Assembly: GCA_964016885.1 (NCBI GenBank)
Contig: OZ024741.1
Coordinates: forward strand, 27,156,001 to 27,220,000
Reading direction: 5' to 3'
DNA: 64,000 nt
Source of the DNA: Eledone cirrhosa
Lineage: Eukaryota
The notes beneath the pieces are model-generated. The model was given only the letters and a program-made list of their open reading frames with translations. It did not search any database and was not told the DNA's origin. The position numbers and the translations under genes were made by a program. This document shows, in pieces, positions 35,770 to 49,400 of the stretch (the first letter of the stretch is position 1; each line of letters starts with the position of its first letter).

Positions 35770-38700
35770 TTGCCAAAGTTAAAGTCAAATTCACCTCGTG
35801 GACGAGAATGCGAGCACTCCTCTTTGTTTCGTCCGCGGATGGCTAACATAACCCTATCTCCTCCCGCCCGCCACCACCCCCACCCTCCAAACGCAACCCA
35901 AAACTTCAGAGTTGGTACCATAAATGTAGGCACCCTAAAGGGTCGCGCTAACGAGGTTGTAGAAATGCTTGAACGTAAGGAGGTCGATGTTTGTTGTATT
36001 CAAGAGACCAGGTGGAGGGGTGGGTCTGCTAAATTCATTGAGGGTAAAAAACGATGTTATAAGCTTTTCTGGGTGGGAAACGACGATGGGCTGGGTGGAG
36101 TAGGAATCATGGTAGCAGAAAAGTGGGCAGATAAGATAATAGACGTAAATAGAGTGAACGACAGAATAATTAAAATAAGACTTGTCCTCAATAGAACTAC
36201 GGTGACAGTAATATCTGCGTACGCACCCCAATCCGGACTGCCCGGCACTATAAAAGACAGATTCTATGAGACACTGTTGCTAACTACCTCCCAAATATCT
36301 GACAGTGACTATATAATTATTGCAGGCGACCTAAATGGTCACGTTGGACAACATTGTGACGGCTATGACGAAATCCATGGAGGCTATGGGTTTGGTACTA
36401 GAAATGAGGAAGGCTCCAGAATTCTGGAATACTGTGATGCAAATAACCTAACTATCTGTAACACTAACTTCAAAAAACGTGACAATCACCTGATTACCTA
36501 TAGATCCGGGGAACACACAAGCCAGGTAGATTATATCCTTACCAGAAGACGTGACAGAGTGTCTGTTGTAAACACTAAATCCCTCCCCCATGAAGAATGC
36601 ACCTCCCAACATAGACTGATAATTAGCGACCTCATAGTCAGGACGAGACGCACCCGACAGCAGAAGAGGACTATCCTCAGGAGGAAAATATGGAAACTAA
36701 AGGACCCCACAGCCAGAAATAAATTTCAAAGCATATTACTTGATGCTTTCGACAGTAAGGAAGAGCATCTAGAATCGGACAATATAGAGGGACAGTGGAA
36801 ATTTCTGAAAGCAAACCTGCTGTTGGCGACAGACGAAGTCTGTGGCTGGAGCAGGCCTGTAGGCAGGAGGAGAGTAACATGGTGGTGGAACAATAGGGTG
36901 GAGGGGTCAATTAAGGCCAAAAAGCAGGCTTGGAAAGTATGGCGGGATGGGGGAAGTAGAGTAGACTATCAAGTGGCCAGGAGGGAAGCTAGGAGAGAAG
37001 TGTACTTAGCAAGAAGGGAAGCTGAGGAAAGAAAGTTCAAGCATGTTCTACAACGCGATGACCAAAAACGTGAGGTGTTCAGGATTGCCAGGCAATGCGT
37101 CAAGGAAAACCGTGATATTGTCGGGGAGAAGTGTGTACTTAACGATGATGGCATACTTGCCATCACCGACACTGATAAGAAGGTAGCTTGGAAGTGTCAC
37201 TATGAAAGGCTACTAAATGAGGAGAATAAATGGGAGAAAGACAGTCTCCCCCTTATCGACCCGATAGAGGGACCAGCAGTGTTAGTCGAGGGGAGTATAA
37301 TAAGTAAGGCAATCAAGGATATGAAGACTGGTAAGGCGGCTGGGCCTTCGGAAATAGTTGCTGAGATGCTGAAGGCATCTGGCACGGTGGGACACACCAT
37401 GGTCACCCGCATAGTTAACCAAGTCGTACAGAATGGGGTTGTTCCGAAGGACTGGCATAGCAGCATCATCGTTAACTGTTATAAGGGTAAAGGAGACGCC
37501 CTAGATAGGAGTAACTATAGAGGCATTAAATTAATCGACCAGGTCATGAAGGTCACGGAAAAAGTAATAGCGCAACTAATCAGAGAGAGAATTGATCTAG
37601 ATGAAATGCAGTTCGGGTTTGTGTCAGGCAAAAGCACCACAGACGCTCTTTTCATAGTACGACAACTACAGGAGAAGTACCTAGCTAAAGGTAAACCCCT
37701 CTACTTAGCTTTTGTCGACCTGGAGAAAGCCTTCGACAGAGTCCCCCGCTCCATTATCTGGTGGGCTCTTAGAAAACTAGGCGTTGACGAATGGCTTGTG
37801 AGGGCTATACAAGCCATGTATAAAGAAACAGTCAGCAAGGTTAGAATTAACAACGAATATAGTGAAGAGTTTAGCGTAAAAGTTGGCGTCCATCAGGGCT
37901 CTGTTCTCAGCCCCCTACTATTTATTATTGCCCTTCAGGCTATAACAGAGGAGTTCAAGACAGGCTGCCCATGGGAACTCCTATACGCAGACGACCTGAC
38001 ACTCATAGCGGAATCAATGGCCGAGCTAGAGAAGAAATTCCAAACATGGAAGCACGGCCTAGAGTCAAAAGGACTTAAAATTAACCTGGCTAAGACCAAA
38101 GTTCTAGTTTGTAGGAAAGAAAACAAGGCGGCGGTCCCTTCTGGGAAATGGTCGTGCTCGGTATGTAGGAAAGGCGTAGGTAGAAACTCCATCTTATGTC
38201 CTAAATGCAAAGTATGGGTGCATAAAAGATGTAGTGGGATCACAGGTAAGCTAACTAAGAACATAGACTTTACATGTGGCCGGTGTTCTGGTGCAATAAG
38301 TAGCAGCAAGTGCCCACAAAATACTAGCTCTTTCAATTGCGCAGAGGGTTCTATAGAAATAGTGGACAGCTTCCGTTACCTGGGCGATAAAATCAGCAGT
38401 GGGGGAGGGTGCTCTGAAAGTACTGTAGCTAGAGTCAGAACTGGTTGGAAAAAGTTCAGAGAGCTTATACCACTATTAGCTGCTAAAGGGTTCTCCCTAA
38501 AAATGAAAGGCAGGTTGTACGATGCCTGCATACGAACAGCAATGTTGCATGGTAGTGAGACCTGGGCATTGTGTGCAGAGGATATACGCAGACTAGAGAG
38601 GAACGAAGCTTGCATGCTCCGCTGGATGTGTAACAGTAATATACGTGAACGGCAAAGCATAAACGAACTAAGGAAAAAATTAGAGATAAGAGGGATCAGA

Positions 38701-39306
38701 TGTTGTTTACTCGAGAGAAGGCTGCGTTGGTATGGACACGTGATGCGCATGAAAGTCGATAGCTGTATTACAAAGTGCAGGGCAATAAAGATAGACGGTA
38801 GCCACGGAATAGGCAGACCTAGAAAAACATGGGATGAGCTGATAAACTCCGACCTCACACACTTACACCTTTCCAAGACAATGTCACTGGACCGTGACCT
38901 TTGGCGGTACTCAGTAACAGAGAAGACCCGCCTTGCCAGTAGGCATCTCTAACAAAATACACCCCTCCCGCCGCCACCCCCACCCCATCCACACCACCCC
39001 GTTCTATGTAAAGTTATGTTGGTGCCGCGCCATCCAGGCCGAAACAAATGAGATCGTGTAGGTGTCACGACAAAAAAACACACAGTCCACGCTGTAATGT
39101 GGCCGTGTAGGCAACACGGTAAAAACCTCCCAGACCCACACTGTAAATGTGGTTGGTGTTAGGAAGGGCATCCAACTGTAGAAAACCTGCCAGACAGTCC
39201 TATGCGAGCAAGACAATCACTCTTGCCTCAAGTGGGACTACCCCCGTCCAAACCCATGCAAGCGTGGAACACGGACGTTAAACGTTGATGATGATGATGA
39301 TGATGA
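35770..39306 (+). mobile_element. RTE LINE family A copy with uninterrupted APE-RT ORF
   Basis: Homology to the 16753-20880 copy starts at 35770; 3' UTR 38953-39285; (GAT)n tail. Confidence 0.95.
35839..38952 (+). CDS. RTE ORF2: APE endonuclease plus reverse transcriptase with inserted PHD-like finger (1037 aa from MANIT)
   Basis: GTINVGTL, CIQETRW, SAYAPQ, GDLNGH, QVDYIL, SQH; NYRGIKL, QFGF, FVDLEKAFDRV, HQGSVLSP, YADD, FRYLG, RLRWYGHVMR, GRPRKTW. The track's upstream 35692 start lies in the minisatellite and is spurious. Confidence 0.9.
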   Translation: MANITLSPPARHHPHPPNATQNFRVGTINVGTLKGRANEVVEMLERKEVDVCCIQETRWRGGSAKFIEGKKRCYKLFWVGNDDGLGGVGIMVAEKWADKIIDVNRVNDRIIKIRLVLNRTTVTVISAYAPQSGLPGTIKDRFYETLLLTTSQISDSDYIIIAGDLNGHVGQHCDGYDEIHGGYGFGTRNEEGSRILEYCDANNLTICNTNFKKRDNHLITYRSGEHTSQVDYILTRRRDRVSVVNTKSLPHEECTSQHRLIISDLIVRTRRTRQQKRTILRRKIWKLKDPTARNKFQSILLDAFDSKEEHLESDNIEGQWKFLKANLLLATDEVCGWSRPVGRRRVTWWWNNRVEGSIKAKKQAWKVWRDGGSRVDYQVARREARREVYLARREAEERKFKHVLQRDDQKREVFRIARQCVKENRDIVGEKCVLNDDGILAITDTDKKVAWKCHYERLLNEENKWEKDSLPLIDPIEGPAVLVEGSIISKAIKDMKTGKAAGPSEIVAEMLKASGTVGHTMVTRIVNQVVQNGVVPKDWHSSIIVNCYKGKGDALDRSNYRGIKLIDQVMKVTEKVIAQLIRERIDLDEMQFGFVSGKSTTDALFIVRQLQEKYLAKGKPLYLAFVDLEKAFDRVPRSIIWWALRKLGVDEWLVRAIQAMYKETVSKVRINNEYSEEFSVKVGVHQGSVLSPLLFIIALQAITEEFKTGCPWELLYADDLTLIAESMAELEKKFQTWKHGLESKGLKINLAKTKVLVCRKENKAAVPSGKWSCSVCRKGVGRNSILCPKCKVWVHKRCSGITGKLTKNIDFTCGRCSGAISSSKCPQNTSSFNCAEGSIEIVDSFRYLGDKISSGGGCSESTVARVRTGWKKFRELIPLLAAKGFSLKMKGRLYDACIRTAMLHGSETWALCAEDIRRLERNEACMLRWMCNSNIRERQSINELRKKLEIRGIRCCLLERRLRWYGHVMRMKVDSCITKCRAIKIDGSHGIGRPRKTWDELINSDLTHLHLSKTMSLDRDLWRYSVTEKTRLASRHL

Positions 39307-39681
39307 TGTGTGTGTGTCTGTAATATATATATATGTGTGTGTCTGTAATATATATATATGTGTGTGTCTGTAATATATATGTGTGTGTCTGTAATATATA
39401 TATATGTGTGTGTCTGTAATTTATATATATATATATGTGTGTGTGTCTGTAATATATATATATATGTGTGTGTCTGTAATTTATATATATATGTGTGTGT
39501 CTGTAATTTATATATATATATATGTGTGTGTGTCTGTAAACACAGACATTGAGAGACCCAAGGAATAGGAACATTAAATTATTCAGGAAGCAACCAAACT
39601 CTACAATAAACACATAACTGTACTGATGCAGTACAGGGTTAACAGCGACTGCATAAATATGTATATACACTGTTTCTTATA

Positions 39682-40858
39682 TGCACATTACCACAGACTG
39701 GAGAGTGGTGTAGAAGACTATATACACATTACCACAAACTGGAGAGTGGAGTAACATTTTATATACACATTACCACAAACTGGAGAGTGGAGTAACATTT
39801 TATATACACATTACCACAAACTGGAGAGTGGTGTAACATTTTATATACACATTACCACAAACTGGAGAGTGGAGTAACATTTTATATACACATTACCACA
39901 AACTGGAGAGTGGAGTAACATTTTATATACACATTACCACAAACTGGAGAGTGGAGTAACATTTTATATACACATTACCACAAACTGGAGAGTGGTGTAA
40001 CATTTTATATACACATTACCACAAACTGGAGAGTGGAGTAACATTTTATATACACATTACCACAAACTGGAGAGTGGAGTAACATTTTATATACACATTA
40101 CCACAAACTGGAGAGTGGTGTAACATTTTATATACACATTACCACAAACTGGAGAGTGGAGTAACATTTTATATACACATTACCACAAACTGGAGAGTGG
40201 AGTAACATTTTATATACACATTACCACAAACTGGAGAGTGGTGTAACATTTTATATACACATTACCACAAACTGGAGAGTGGAGTAACATTTTATATACA
40301 CATTACCACAAACTGGAGAGTGGAGTAACATTTTATATACACATTACCACAAACTGGAGAGTGGTGTAACATTTTATATACACATTACCACAAACTGGAG
40401 AGTGGAGTAACATTTTATATACACATTACCACAAACTGGAGAGTGGTGTAACATTTTATATACACATTACCACAAACTGGAGAGTGGAGTAACATTTTAT
40501 ATACACATTACCACAAACTGGAGAGTGGAGTAACATTTTATATACACATTACCACAAACTGGAGAGTGGTGTAACATTTTATATACACATTACCACAAAC
40601 TGGAGAGTGGAGTAACATTTTATATACACATTACCACAAACTGGAGAGTGGTGTAACATTTTATATACACATTACCACAGCCTGGAGAGTGGTGCAGCAT
40701 ACAACATGCACATTACCACAGAGTGGAGAGTGGTGCAGCATCCTATCTGCACATAACCAAATACTGCAGAGTGGTGCAGCATTTTACATGCACATTACCA
40801 AAGACTGGAGAGTGGTGCAGCATCCTTCCTATGCATTACCAATGACTGGAGAGTGGTA
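39682..40858. repeat. 41-bp minisatellite (ACATTACCACAAACTGGAGAGTGGWGTAACATTTTATATAC)
   Basis: About 28 copies with a homogeneous core and degenerate right edge. Confidence 0.95.
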
Positions 40859-40916
40859 ATGAAATGATGAAAATGATAGAAAAACTACGAATCCCAGCAA
40901 CAGTATATATTGTACT

Positions 40917-41071
40917 ATAGTAGTAGCAGCAGCAGAGGCAATCGCAGTAGTAGTAGTACTAGTAGTAGTAGTAGTGGCAGTAGTAGTAGTACTAGTAGTA
41001 GTAGTAGTGGCAGTAGTAGTGGCAGTAGTAGTAGTGGTAGTAGCAGTAGTAACAGCAGTAGCAGTAGTAGT

Positions 41072-41106
<35 letters not shown>

Positions 41107-42000
41107 TCGTAGTAGCCTCAGTAGTAGCAACAGCAGCAGCTGCAGTAGAAACAACAGCAGCAGTAGTAACAACAACAACAACAACAGCAGCAGTAGTAAC
41201 AACAACAACAACAACAACAGCAGCAGTAGTAACAACAACAACAGCAGCAGCAGTAGTAACAACAACAACAACAGCAGCAGTAGTAACAACAACAACAACA
41301 GCTGCAGTAACAACAACAACAGCAGCAGTAGTAATAACAACAACAACAACAGCTGCATTAACAACAACAACAACAGCAGCAGTAGTAACAACAACAGCAG
41401 CAGCAGTAGTAACAACAAAAACAACAGCAGCAGCAGTAGTAACAACAACAACAACAACAACAGCTGCAGTAACAACAACAACAGCAGCAGTAGTAACAAC
41501 AACAACGACAACAGCAGCAGTAGTAACAACAGCAGCAGCAGTAGTAACAACAACAACAACAGCAGCAGCAGTAGTAACAAAAGCAATAGTAACAACAGCA
41601 GCACTAGTAACAACAACAACAGCAGCAGTAGTAACAACAACAACAGCAGCAGCAGTAGTAACAACAACAACAACAGTAGCAGTTTCTGCTAGAAATAGCA
41701 GAGAATTTCCCTCAAACTACATGTTAATGTAGTCCAGAATATAAACTAACGAAGAGATGGCCATGGATGGCACTTGTTTGATCATATGTCTACTGACAGA
41801 GCTGACAGGTGGCTTAACAACAACTATATAGCAATTACAGCAACAACTATATAGCAATTACAGCAATAACTATATAGCAATTACAACAACTATATAGCAA
41901 TTACAACAATAACTATATAGCAATTACAACAACAACATAGTGTTAGCTACAACAACTACACAGGTGTAGCTACAACAACAACTATACATTGGCAACAGCA
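40917..42000. repeat. (AGT/AGC/AAC)n trinucleotide tract and adjacent short CAA-rich repeats
   Basis: Directly visible; produces the poly-S/N/T/L pseudo-ORFs. Confidence 0.9.
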
Positions 42001-42259
42001 GTTGTAGTTGTTTAGCCCTAGGTCACAGCTAACCTATTTAAGCGCAGTTGTTGTTTAGCCCTAGGCCAAATCTAACCTATTTAACCAGCAGTTGTTGTTT
42101 AGCCCTAGGCCAAATCTAACCTATTTAATCAGCAGTTGTTGTTGTTTAGCCCTAGGCCAAAGCTAACCTATTTGACCTATCATTAAAAGCTTTCCAGTCG
42201 TGTTGATCCAGACATTAGTGGAGTATGTCTACATCATCTAATGTGCCGTTTCTTTTTAT

Positions 42260-42575
42260 TGTGAGAGAAAGATAGAGCTTGGACAAGTTGGGGAAGAAGC
42301 TGGGTTTAAGAGGAACCCGAGGTGGTGTGTAGGAGAGAAGACTGTGTTGGTATGACCGCTGGGTGAAGAAGTGCCAGGAAATCCCAGTGGAAGGAAGCCA
42401 CAGTAGAGGTAGACTGAGGAAGACCTGGGCAGAGGTTGTGAGAGCTGACTTCAAATTGCTAAAACTCACAGAGGAGATGACGAAGGAACATAACATGTGG
42501 AGAGATGTTGTGCTGAGAAGGACCTGTCCAACACATGCAAGCGTGGAAAAACAGATATAAAAACAATGTTGATGC
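42260..42575 (+). mobile_element. Older RTE family 3' fragment
   Basis: KKCQEIPVEGSHSRGRLRKTWAEVVRADF C-terminal motif and CATGCAAGCGTGG tail stem. Confidence 0.75.
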
Positions 42576-42584
42576 TGAGTAAGG

Positions 42585-43290
42585 TGTGATTTGAGGGATA
42601 TCTGGCTTCTATTTCTAGCAGGTCTGCTATAGTAACAATAGTAGCTCTCACCTTTCAATTTGTAAAACAATAACATGTGATTTGAGGGAAATTTGACTGC
42701 TATTTCTAGCAGGTCTGCTATTACCTTCCAATTTGTAAGACGAGAGAGAATGACTTGAGGGAAATTTGACTGCTATTTCTTGCAGGTCTTCAATAGTAAT
42801 AATAGTAGCTATCACCTTTCAATCGAGGGAAATTTGGCTGCTATTTCTAGCAGGTCTACAATAGTAATAATAGTAGCTATCACCTTTCAATCGAGGGAAA
42901 TTTGGCTACTATTTCTAGCAGGTCTACAATAGTAATAATAGTAGCTATCACCTTTCAATCGAGGGAAATTTGACTGCTATTTCTAGTAGGTCTGCTATCA
43001 CCTTCCAATTTGTAAGACAATAACGTGTAACTTGAAGGAAATTTGGCTGCTATTTCTAGCAGATCTGCTATCACCTCCCAATTTATAAGAAAATAAAATG
43101 TGACCTGAGGGAAATTTGGCTGCTATTTCTAACAGATCTGCAATAGTAGCTATCACCTTCCAATTTATAAGACAATAGAGTGTGACCTGAAGGATATCTG
43201 GCTGCTATTTCTAGCAGGTCTGCTACCACCTTCCAATTTATAAGACAATAAAGTGTGACTTGAAGGGAATTTGGCTGCTATTTCTAGTAC
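42585..43290. repeat. Diverged ~60-bp tandem repeat (GAGGGAAATTTGGCTGCTATTTCTAGCAGG core)
   Basis: About 10 copies; the core motif reappears at the window end (63978-64000). Confidence 0.8.
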
Positions 43291-43458
43291 GCCCATATTA
43301 CAAAAATTGTGTAACATGGTCTGCATTATATGATGCATACCCCATACCCCCTTTTTAACAGTAGGGGTTTCATTTGAGTAATATTTAGCTACTATTTCTA
43401 GTAAGTAAAGTAACCTTATAGAGGGTCCCTTGTAACTGTAATAGCAACAGTGGCAATT

Positions 43459-43498
<40 letters not shown>

Positions 43499-43652
43499 CA
43501 GCAGCAGCAGTGGTGGTGGTGGTAGTAGTAGAAGTAATATTATTGAACTGTATGGGCCAGAAAAGAGAGGGGAGAGGGAGAAGGGGAGTGTGTGACCACC
43601 AGAACAGAAGCAAATCAAATTGAATGAAATACAAAACAATATATATACAAAC

Positions 43653-43710
<58 letters not shown>

Positions 43711-43803
43711 GTGTGTGTATGTATGTATATGTATATGTGTGTATATATATGTGTGTATATATAAAAAAAAAAGGGAATATTCACTGGACACCTAACACTA
43801 TGA

Positions 43804-45262
43804 TCACCACTACAACCACCACCACCACTACAACCACCACCACCACTACCACCACCACCACCAATACAACCACCATCACCACTACCACCACCACCACCAC
43901 CACCATCACCACTACAACCACCACCACCACCACCAATACAACCACCACCACCACCACCACTACAACCACCACCACCACCACCAATACAACCACCACCACC
44001 ATCACCACTACCACCACCACCACCACCACCACCACCAATACAACCACCACCACCACCACCATCACCACTACAACCACCACCACCACCACCACCACCAATA
44101 CAACCACCACCACCATCACCACTACCACCACCACCACCACCACCACCAATATAACCACCACCACCACCATCACCACTACAACCACCACCACCACCACCAC
44201 CACCAATACAACCACCACCACCATCACCACTACCACCACCACCACCAATATAACCACCACCACCATCACCACTACCACCACCACCACCACCAATACAACC
44301 ACCACCACCATCACCACTACCACCACCACCACCACCAATATAACCACCACCACCACCACCAATACAACCACCACCACCACCACTACAACCACCACCACCA
44401 CCACCACCAATACAACCACCACCACCACCACTACAACCACCACCACTACCACCACCACCACCACCACCACCACCACCACCAATACAACCACTACCAATAC
44501 AACCACCACCACCATCACCACTACAACCACCACCACCACCAATACAACCACCACCACCACCACCACTACAACCACCACCACCACCACCAATACAACCACC
44601 ACCATCACCACTACAACCACCACCACCACCACCACCACCACCACCACCACCACCAATACAACCACCACCACTACAACCACCACCACTACCACCACCACCA
44701 CCACCACCACCAATACAACCACCACCACTACAACCACCACCACCACCACCAATACAACCACCACTACCACCACCACCACCACCACCACTACCACCACCAA
44801 TACCACCACCACCACCACTTATACCACCATCAATATCACCACTACAACCACCACCACTACCACCACCACCACCACCACCACCAATACCACCACCACTTAT
44901 ACCACCATCAATATCACCACTACAACCACCACCACTACCACCACCACCACCACCACCACCACTACCACCACCACCACCACCAATACCACCACTTATACCA
45001 CCATCAATATCACCACTACAACCACCACCACTACCACCACCAACACCACCACCACTACAACCACCACCACTACCACCACCACCACTTATACCACCATCAA
45101 TATCACCACTACAACCACCACCACTACCACCACCACCACCACCACCACCACTACCACCACCACCACCACCACCATCACCACTACCACCACTACCACCACC
45201 ACCACCACCACCACCACCACCACCACCACCACCACTACCACCACTACCACCACCAACACCAC
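43804..45262. repeat. ~1.45-kb (ACC)n-based tract
   Basis: Directly visible; source of the poly-T/poly-V pseudo-ORFs. Confidence 0.95.
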
Positions 45263-45320
45263 TTTACTACAAGAAGCAACAACAGTAGGCTCTCATTCTG
45301 ATTCGTTCTGCTCCCTACGT

Positions 45321-45356
<36 letters not shown>

Positions 45357-45945
45357 CTGTCTCTCCCTCTCTCTCCATCTCTCACTCTCTCCCTCTGTCT
45401 CTCTCCTCTCTACCTGTCTCTCTCTCTCTCCATCTCTCCATCTCTCCCTCTGTCTCTCTCCTCTCTCCTCTTTCCCTGTCTTTCTCTCCCTGCCACTCTC
45501 TCACCCTCTGTCTCTTGCTCCTCCCTATCTCCCCTTTTGTTCTCTCTCTCTCTTTCTCTCCACCTCTTTCTTTTCCTTCTTCCTCTTTTCTCACTATGCC
45601 CCACCCCTCCACCATGCTACACGTGCACCCCCCCTTTGCACCGCTCTGCACCGCTCTGCTCCGCTCAGCTCTGTAGTGCACACAGCCACCATACGGAGTA
45701 CACCGGCTGCAATTCTTACAACATATTTAGAATGACAGGTGGTTGTGGTTGTTGTCGTTGTTGTTGTTAGAATATATTATAATATAAGCAGCTATTGCAG
45801 CCTCTCTTTGCCTTCTTCTTCTTCTTCTTCTTCTTCTTCTTCTTCTTCTTCTTCTTTCTAACATACCTTCTGTTTAACTAAACACTCTTGAATTCATAAT
45901 TAGCCTCCTTAATATATATATATATATACATACCTACATACATAG

Positions 45946-45998
<53 letters not shown>

Positions 45999-46037
45999 CC
46001 TACCTACATACATATATATATATATTATATATATACA

Positions 46038-46084
<47 letters not shown>

Positions 46085-46141
46085 CATACATACATATTTA
46101 TATATATATATACACTCATACATACCTACATACATCTATAC

Positions 46142-46180
<39 letters not shown>

Positions 46181-47494
46181 ATGCTAAGTCAAACCACTAT
46201 TTTGGGGGTGTTTCTGGGATAGTGTCCTTCTTTCATCTCCCTTTTTGTTGTCGTTGCCGCCCCACTCCCTCCCCTCCCTCTCTTATTGAGGTTTTCATGT
46301 AATCTTTACTTTTTTTTGTTCTTTAATTTAAACAAATTATTATTGTTATTGCTGTTATTGTTTTTGTTATTATTTATGTTAAAATAACAGGACAACAACA
46401 ACATAAAAACAACAATCATAATTTATAATAATAATAATAATAATAATTTATAATAATATTAATAATGATAATGATAATAATGTGAAGCATTGTTAATAAG
46501 AGAGGAAGACAAATGTATTCCAACTCCACCCACAGTCATATATTTCAATAACATCAACATCAACAACATTGTCAACACCCAATATTATTATCATCATCAC
46601 AAGTAACAATACCATCATCATCATCATCATCATCTCCAAAACAACCTTATATTATTTTTGTATATAAAGATATATATACACACGCAAATACATACATATA
46701 TAGTTTTACATATATATCTATATCTATATCTATATATTTATACACACATACACATACATATATAAAACTATGTCTGTATATTTGCATATATAACATTTTA
46801 CATATACAGACACACATATATACACGCACGCACATATATATATATATATACACACACACACATAAATATATATATATACACACACATATATGTGATTAAA
46901 AAGTCTGTGGTGACTTAAAACAGAGAAAGATAGATATATGGTTTTTGCCACTATTCAAATAAGATTCCAATAGAGTCTACTCTGTGGAGCAACTGTCAGC
47001 TGTGGCCTGTCTGTCTCTCTCTGTCTCGTGTCTGTGTTTTTACCAATGTGGCTGAAGACTATGCTTTTTGTTTATCTCTATCTCTCTCTTCTCTCTCTTC
47101 TCTCTCTCTTGTCGATCCAACAGAACTTGGCAAGTTGATGGGAAACCAGTAAAAAAAAAGGGGGTTGTTTGCTGCCACATTGGAACAAAAAAAAACAAAA
47201 AAAAAAAAAGAGCTGCACCACCACCGCCGCCACCACCACCACCACCGCTACCACCGCTAACACCACCATCACCTCCACCACCACCACCGGCGGCAGGCCA
47301 GCAAACAGACAGACCAGGGCAAATCAACTGACTGACCAACCAAGCAACCAATCAATCCCCCACCCCCCGTCCCCCGCCCCACCCTCACGGTAACTTCCTA
47401 GTCCAGTCCAGTATTTTTTTCCCTCACCCAGCCCCCCCAAACAACCACCACGTCACCCCATCCCTTACTCCTCCCTACCGGAGAACGGTTGGCA

Positions 47495-47593
47495 ATGGAT
47501 GTTGACTCAAATGACGGCACAACTACCGAGTCGCTCAATGGAGAAACAAAACCTGACCCGGCTAAACTGGCACAAAGCGCCATCATCAAGCAG
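47495..47593 (+). CDS. Probable first coding exon of an unidentified host gene (MDVDSNDGTTTESLNGETKPDPAKLAQSAIIKQ), phase-0 donor
   Basis: Strong Kozak context GCAATGG, 33 non-repetitive codons in a CpG-retaining unique segment, and a consensus donor CAG|GTAAGT. Confidence 0.7.
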
Positions 47594-47829
47594 GTAAGTC
47601 CACTTTCTTGTTCTTCTTCTTTTTGTAGGTTATTTCTTTTTATTCCTCTTCTTGGTGTTGTTGTTTGAAGTGTGTGAAGAGAAGGGGGTTGTCAACATGA
47701 AAATTATGTGGCAGATAGAGAGAGAGCGAGAAAGTAAGAGTATGCATGTGTGTGTGTGCCTATACATGTGTATATGTATGTAGGTATGTATATATATATA
47801 TATATATATATGGTGTGTATATATATATA

Positions 47830-47883
<54 letters not shown>

Positions 47884-48018
47884 ATATATTATATATATAT
47901 AATATATATTATATATATATATATATATTATATATAGTAATAATAATAAAATTGAAGACTAAAATCCAGAGAGGGCTCGATAAGGAAAATATATATCAAA
48001 TATATAAGAACCGAAGAG

Positions 48019-48054
<36 letters not shown>

Positions 48055-48086
48055 ATATATATATATATTATATATATATATACATA

Positions 48087-48130
<44 letters not shown>

Positions 48131-48648
48131 TATGTATATATATATATAATGTATATATGAGTGTGTTTGTGTGTCTCTTTGGGTGGAATCACTGCACATC
48201 AGTCCTGCTACAAGAAATATTAAGAAGAAAGACCAGCACCAACATCAGCAGGAGTAGTATTGCACACAGCATGGTGCCATAGTAGTGCAAGTGCAAACGA
48301 CTGAAACTGCAATAGAATTGGTGCAGCAGAAGCAACAACAACAAGTTATGCAAATCTCATTAAGAAATCTATGTTAATTATATGGAATGGTGGGATTCTG
48401 GTGACGATTACAATAGGAACGGTGTAGCAGACCTGAAGAATTTTCCGCCAGTGTCACAAGGGGAAGCAATTGTGCCACTGACAAAGACACACACTCACAC
48501 GTGTACACACACACATGTACACACATACACTCAACTGTTGTGGAGAATTACTATCAGATGTCTGTCTTTAGTTTGTGTGTATAGCATCAATATTTCTTCC
48601 ACTGCTTGGATATCCAGATATGTGTGTGTGTAAGAGAAAGAGAACAAG

Positions 48649-48713
<65 letters not shown>

Positions 48714-49340
48714 AATAAGCTCTATGACTGTAGAGTCTATATTTATATATATCATCATCATCGTTTAACGTCTATCTTCCATGCTAGCATGGGTTAGACG
48801 AGAATTGTCCCATTTGAGACAAGATTGATCGGGTGACTGTATCTCGCTCGTGTAGGACTTTATCTATCTATCTCTCTCTCTCTATAATTATATATATATT
48901 CCCTCGTAGGGCCTGTATTTAATATGAAACTATGTATATTTACTCTACATTGTAATATGCATTCAATTCTTTCCTGGATAACTGATCTTCTAAGTCTTTA
49001 CATTAACAGTATTATGTATATATGTCTAGATACACACAGACACACAGACACACATCATAACCCTTATCATCATGTAACGTCTGTTTTCCCTGCTAGCAAG
49101 GGTTGTATGGGTCATCTCAGACTAAGTCAGTACTCAAGCAGGACTACAGACCTCTCAGATCAGCCAGGGACTTGAATCTCGCATACATATGTTTTATATA
49201 TATATATATACACACATAGACACATACATATATACACACACACATACACATATATATATATAGTTGGGCAAATAAAACAAAACAAACACAGGGATGCAAA
49301 AATACAAACTCTTATTTGGTTCATACTTAGAGGAAGTGGA

Positions 49341-49400
<60 letters not shown>

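Larger units (their letters stand above)
32457..39540. repeat. Compound minisatellite [(TG)n TCTGTAATT (TA)n], ~26-30-bp units, interrupted by a SINE and a LINE
   Basis: Array segments at 32457-34412, 34757-35769 and 39307-39540. Confidence 0.95.

Noticed and set aside
40910-41732. Poly-Ser/Asn, poly-Leu and poly-Thr ORFs
   Set aside because: Trinucleotide repeats open in several frames.
43620-45770. 716-aa Thr-rich mucin-like ORF
   Set aside because: It is a translation of (TA)n, (ACC)n and (CT)n microsatellites with no signal peptide or splice evidence.
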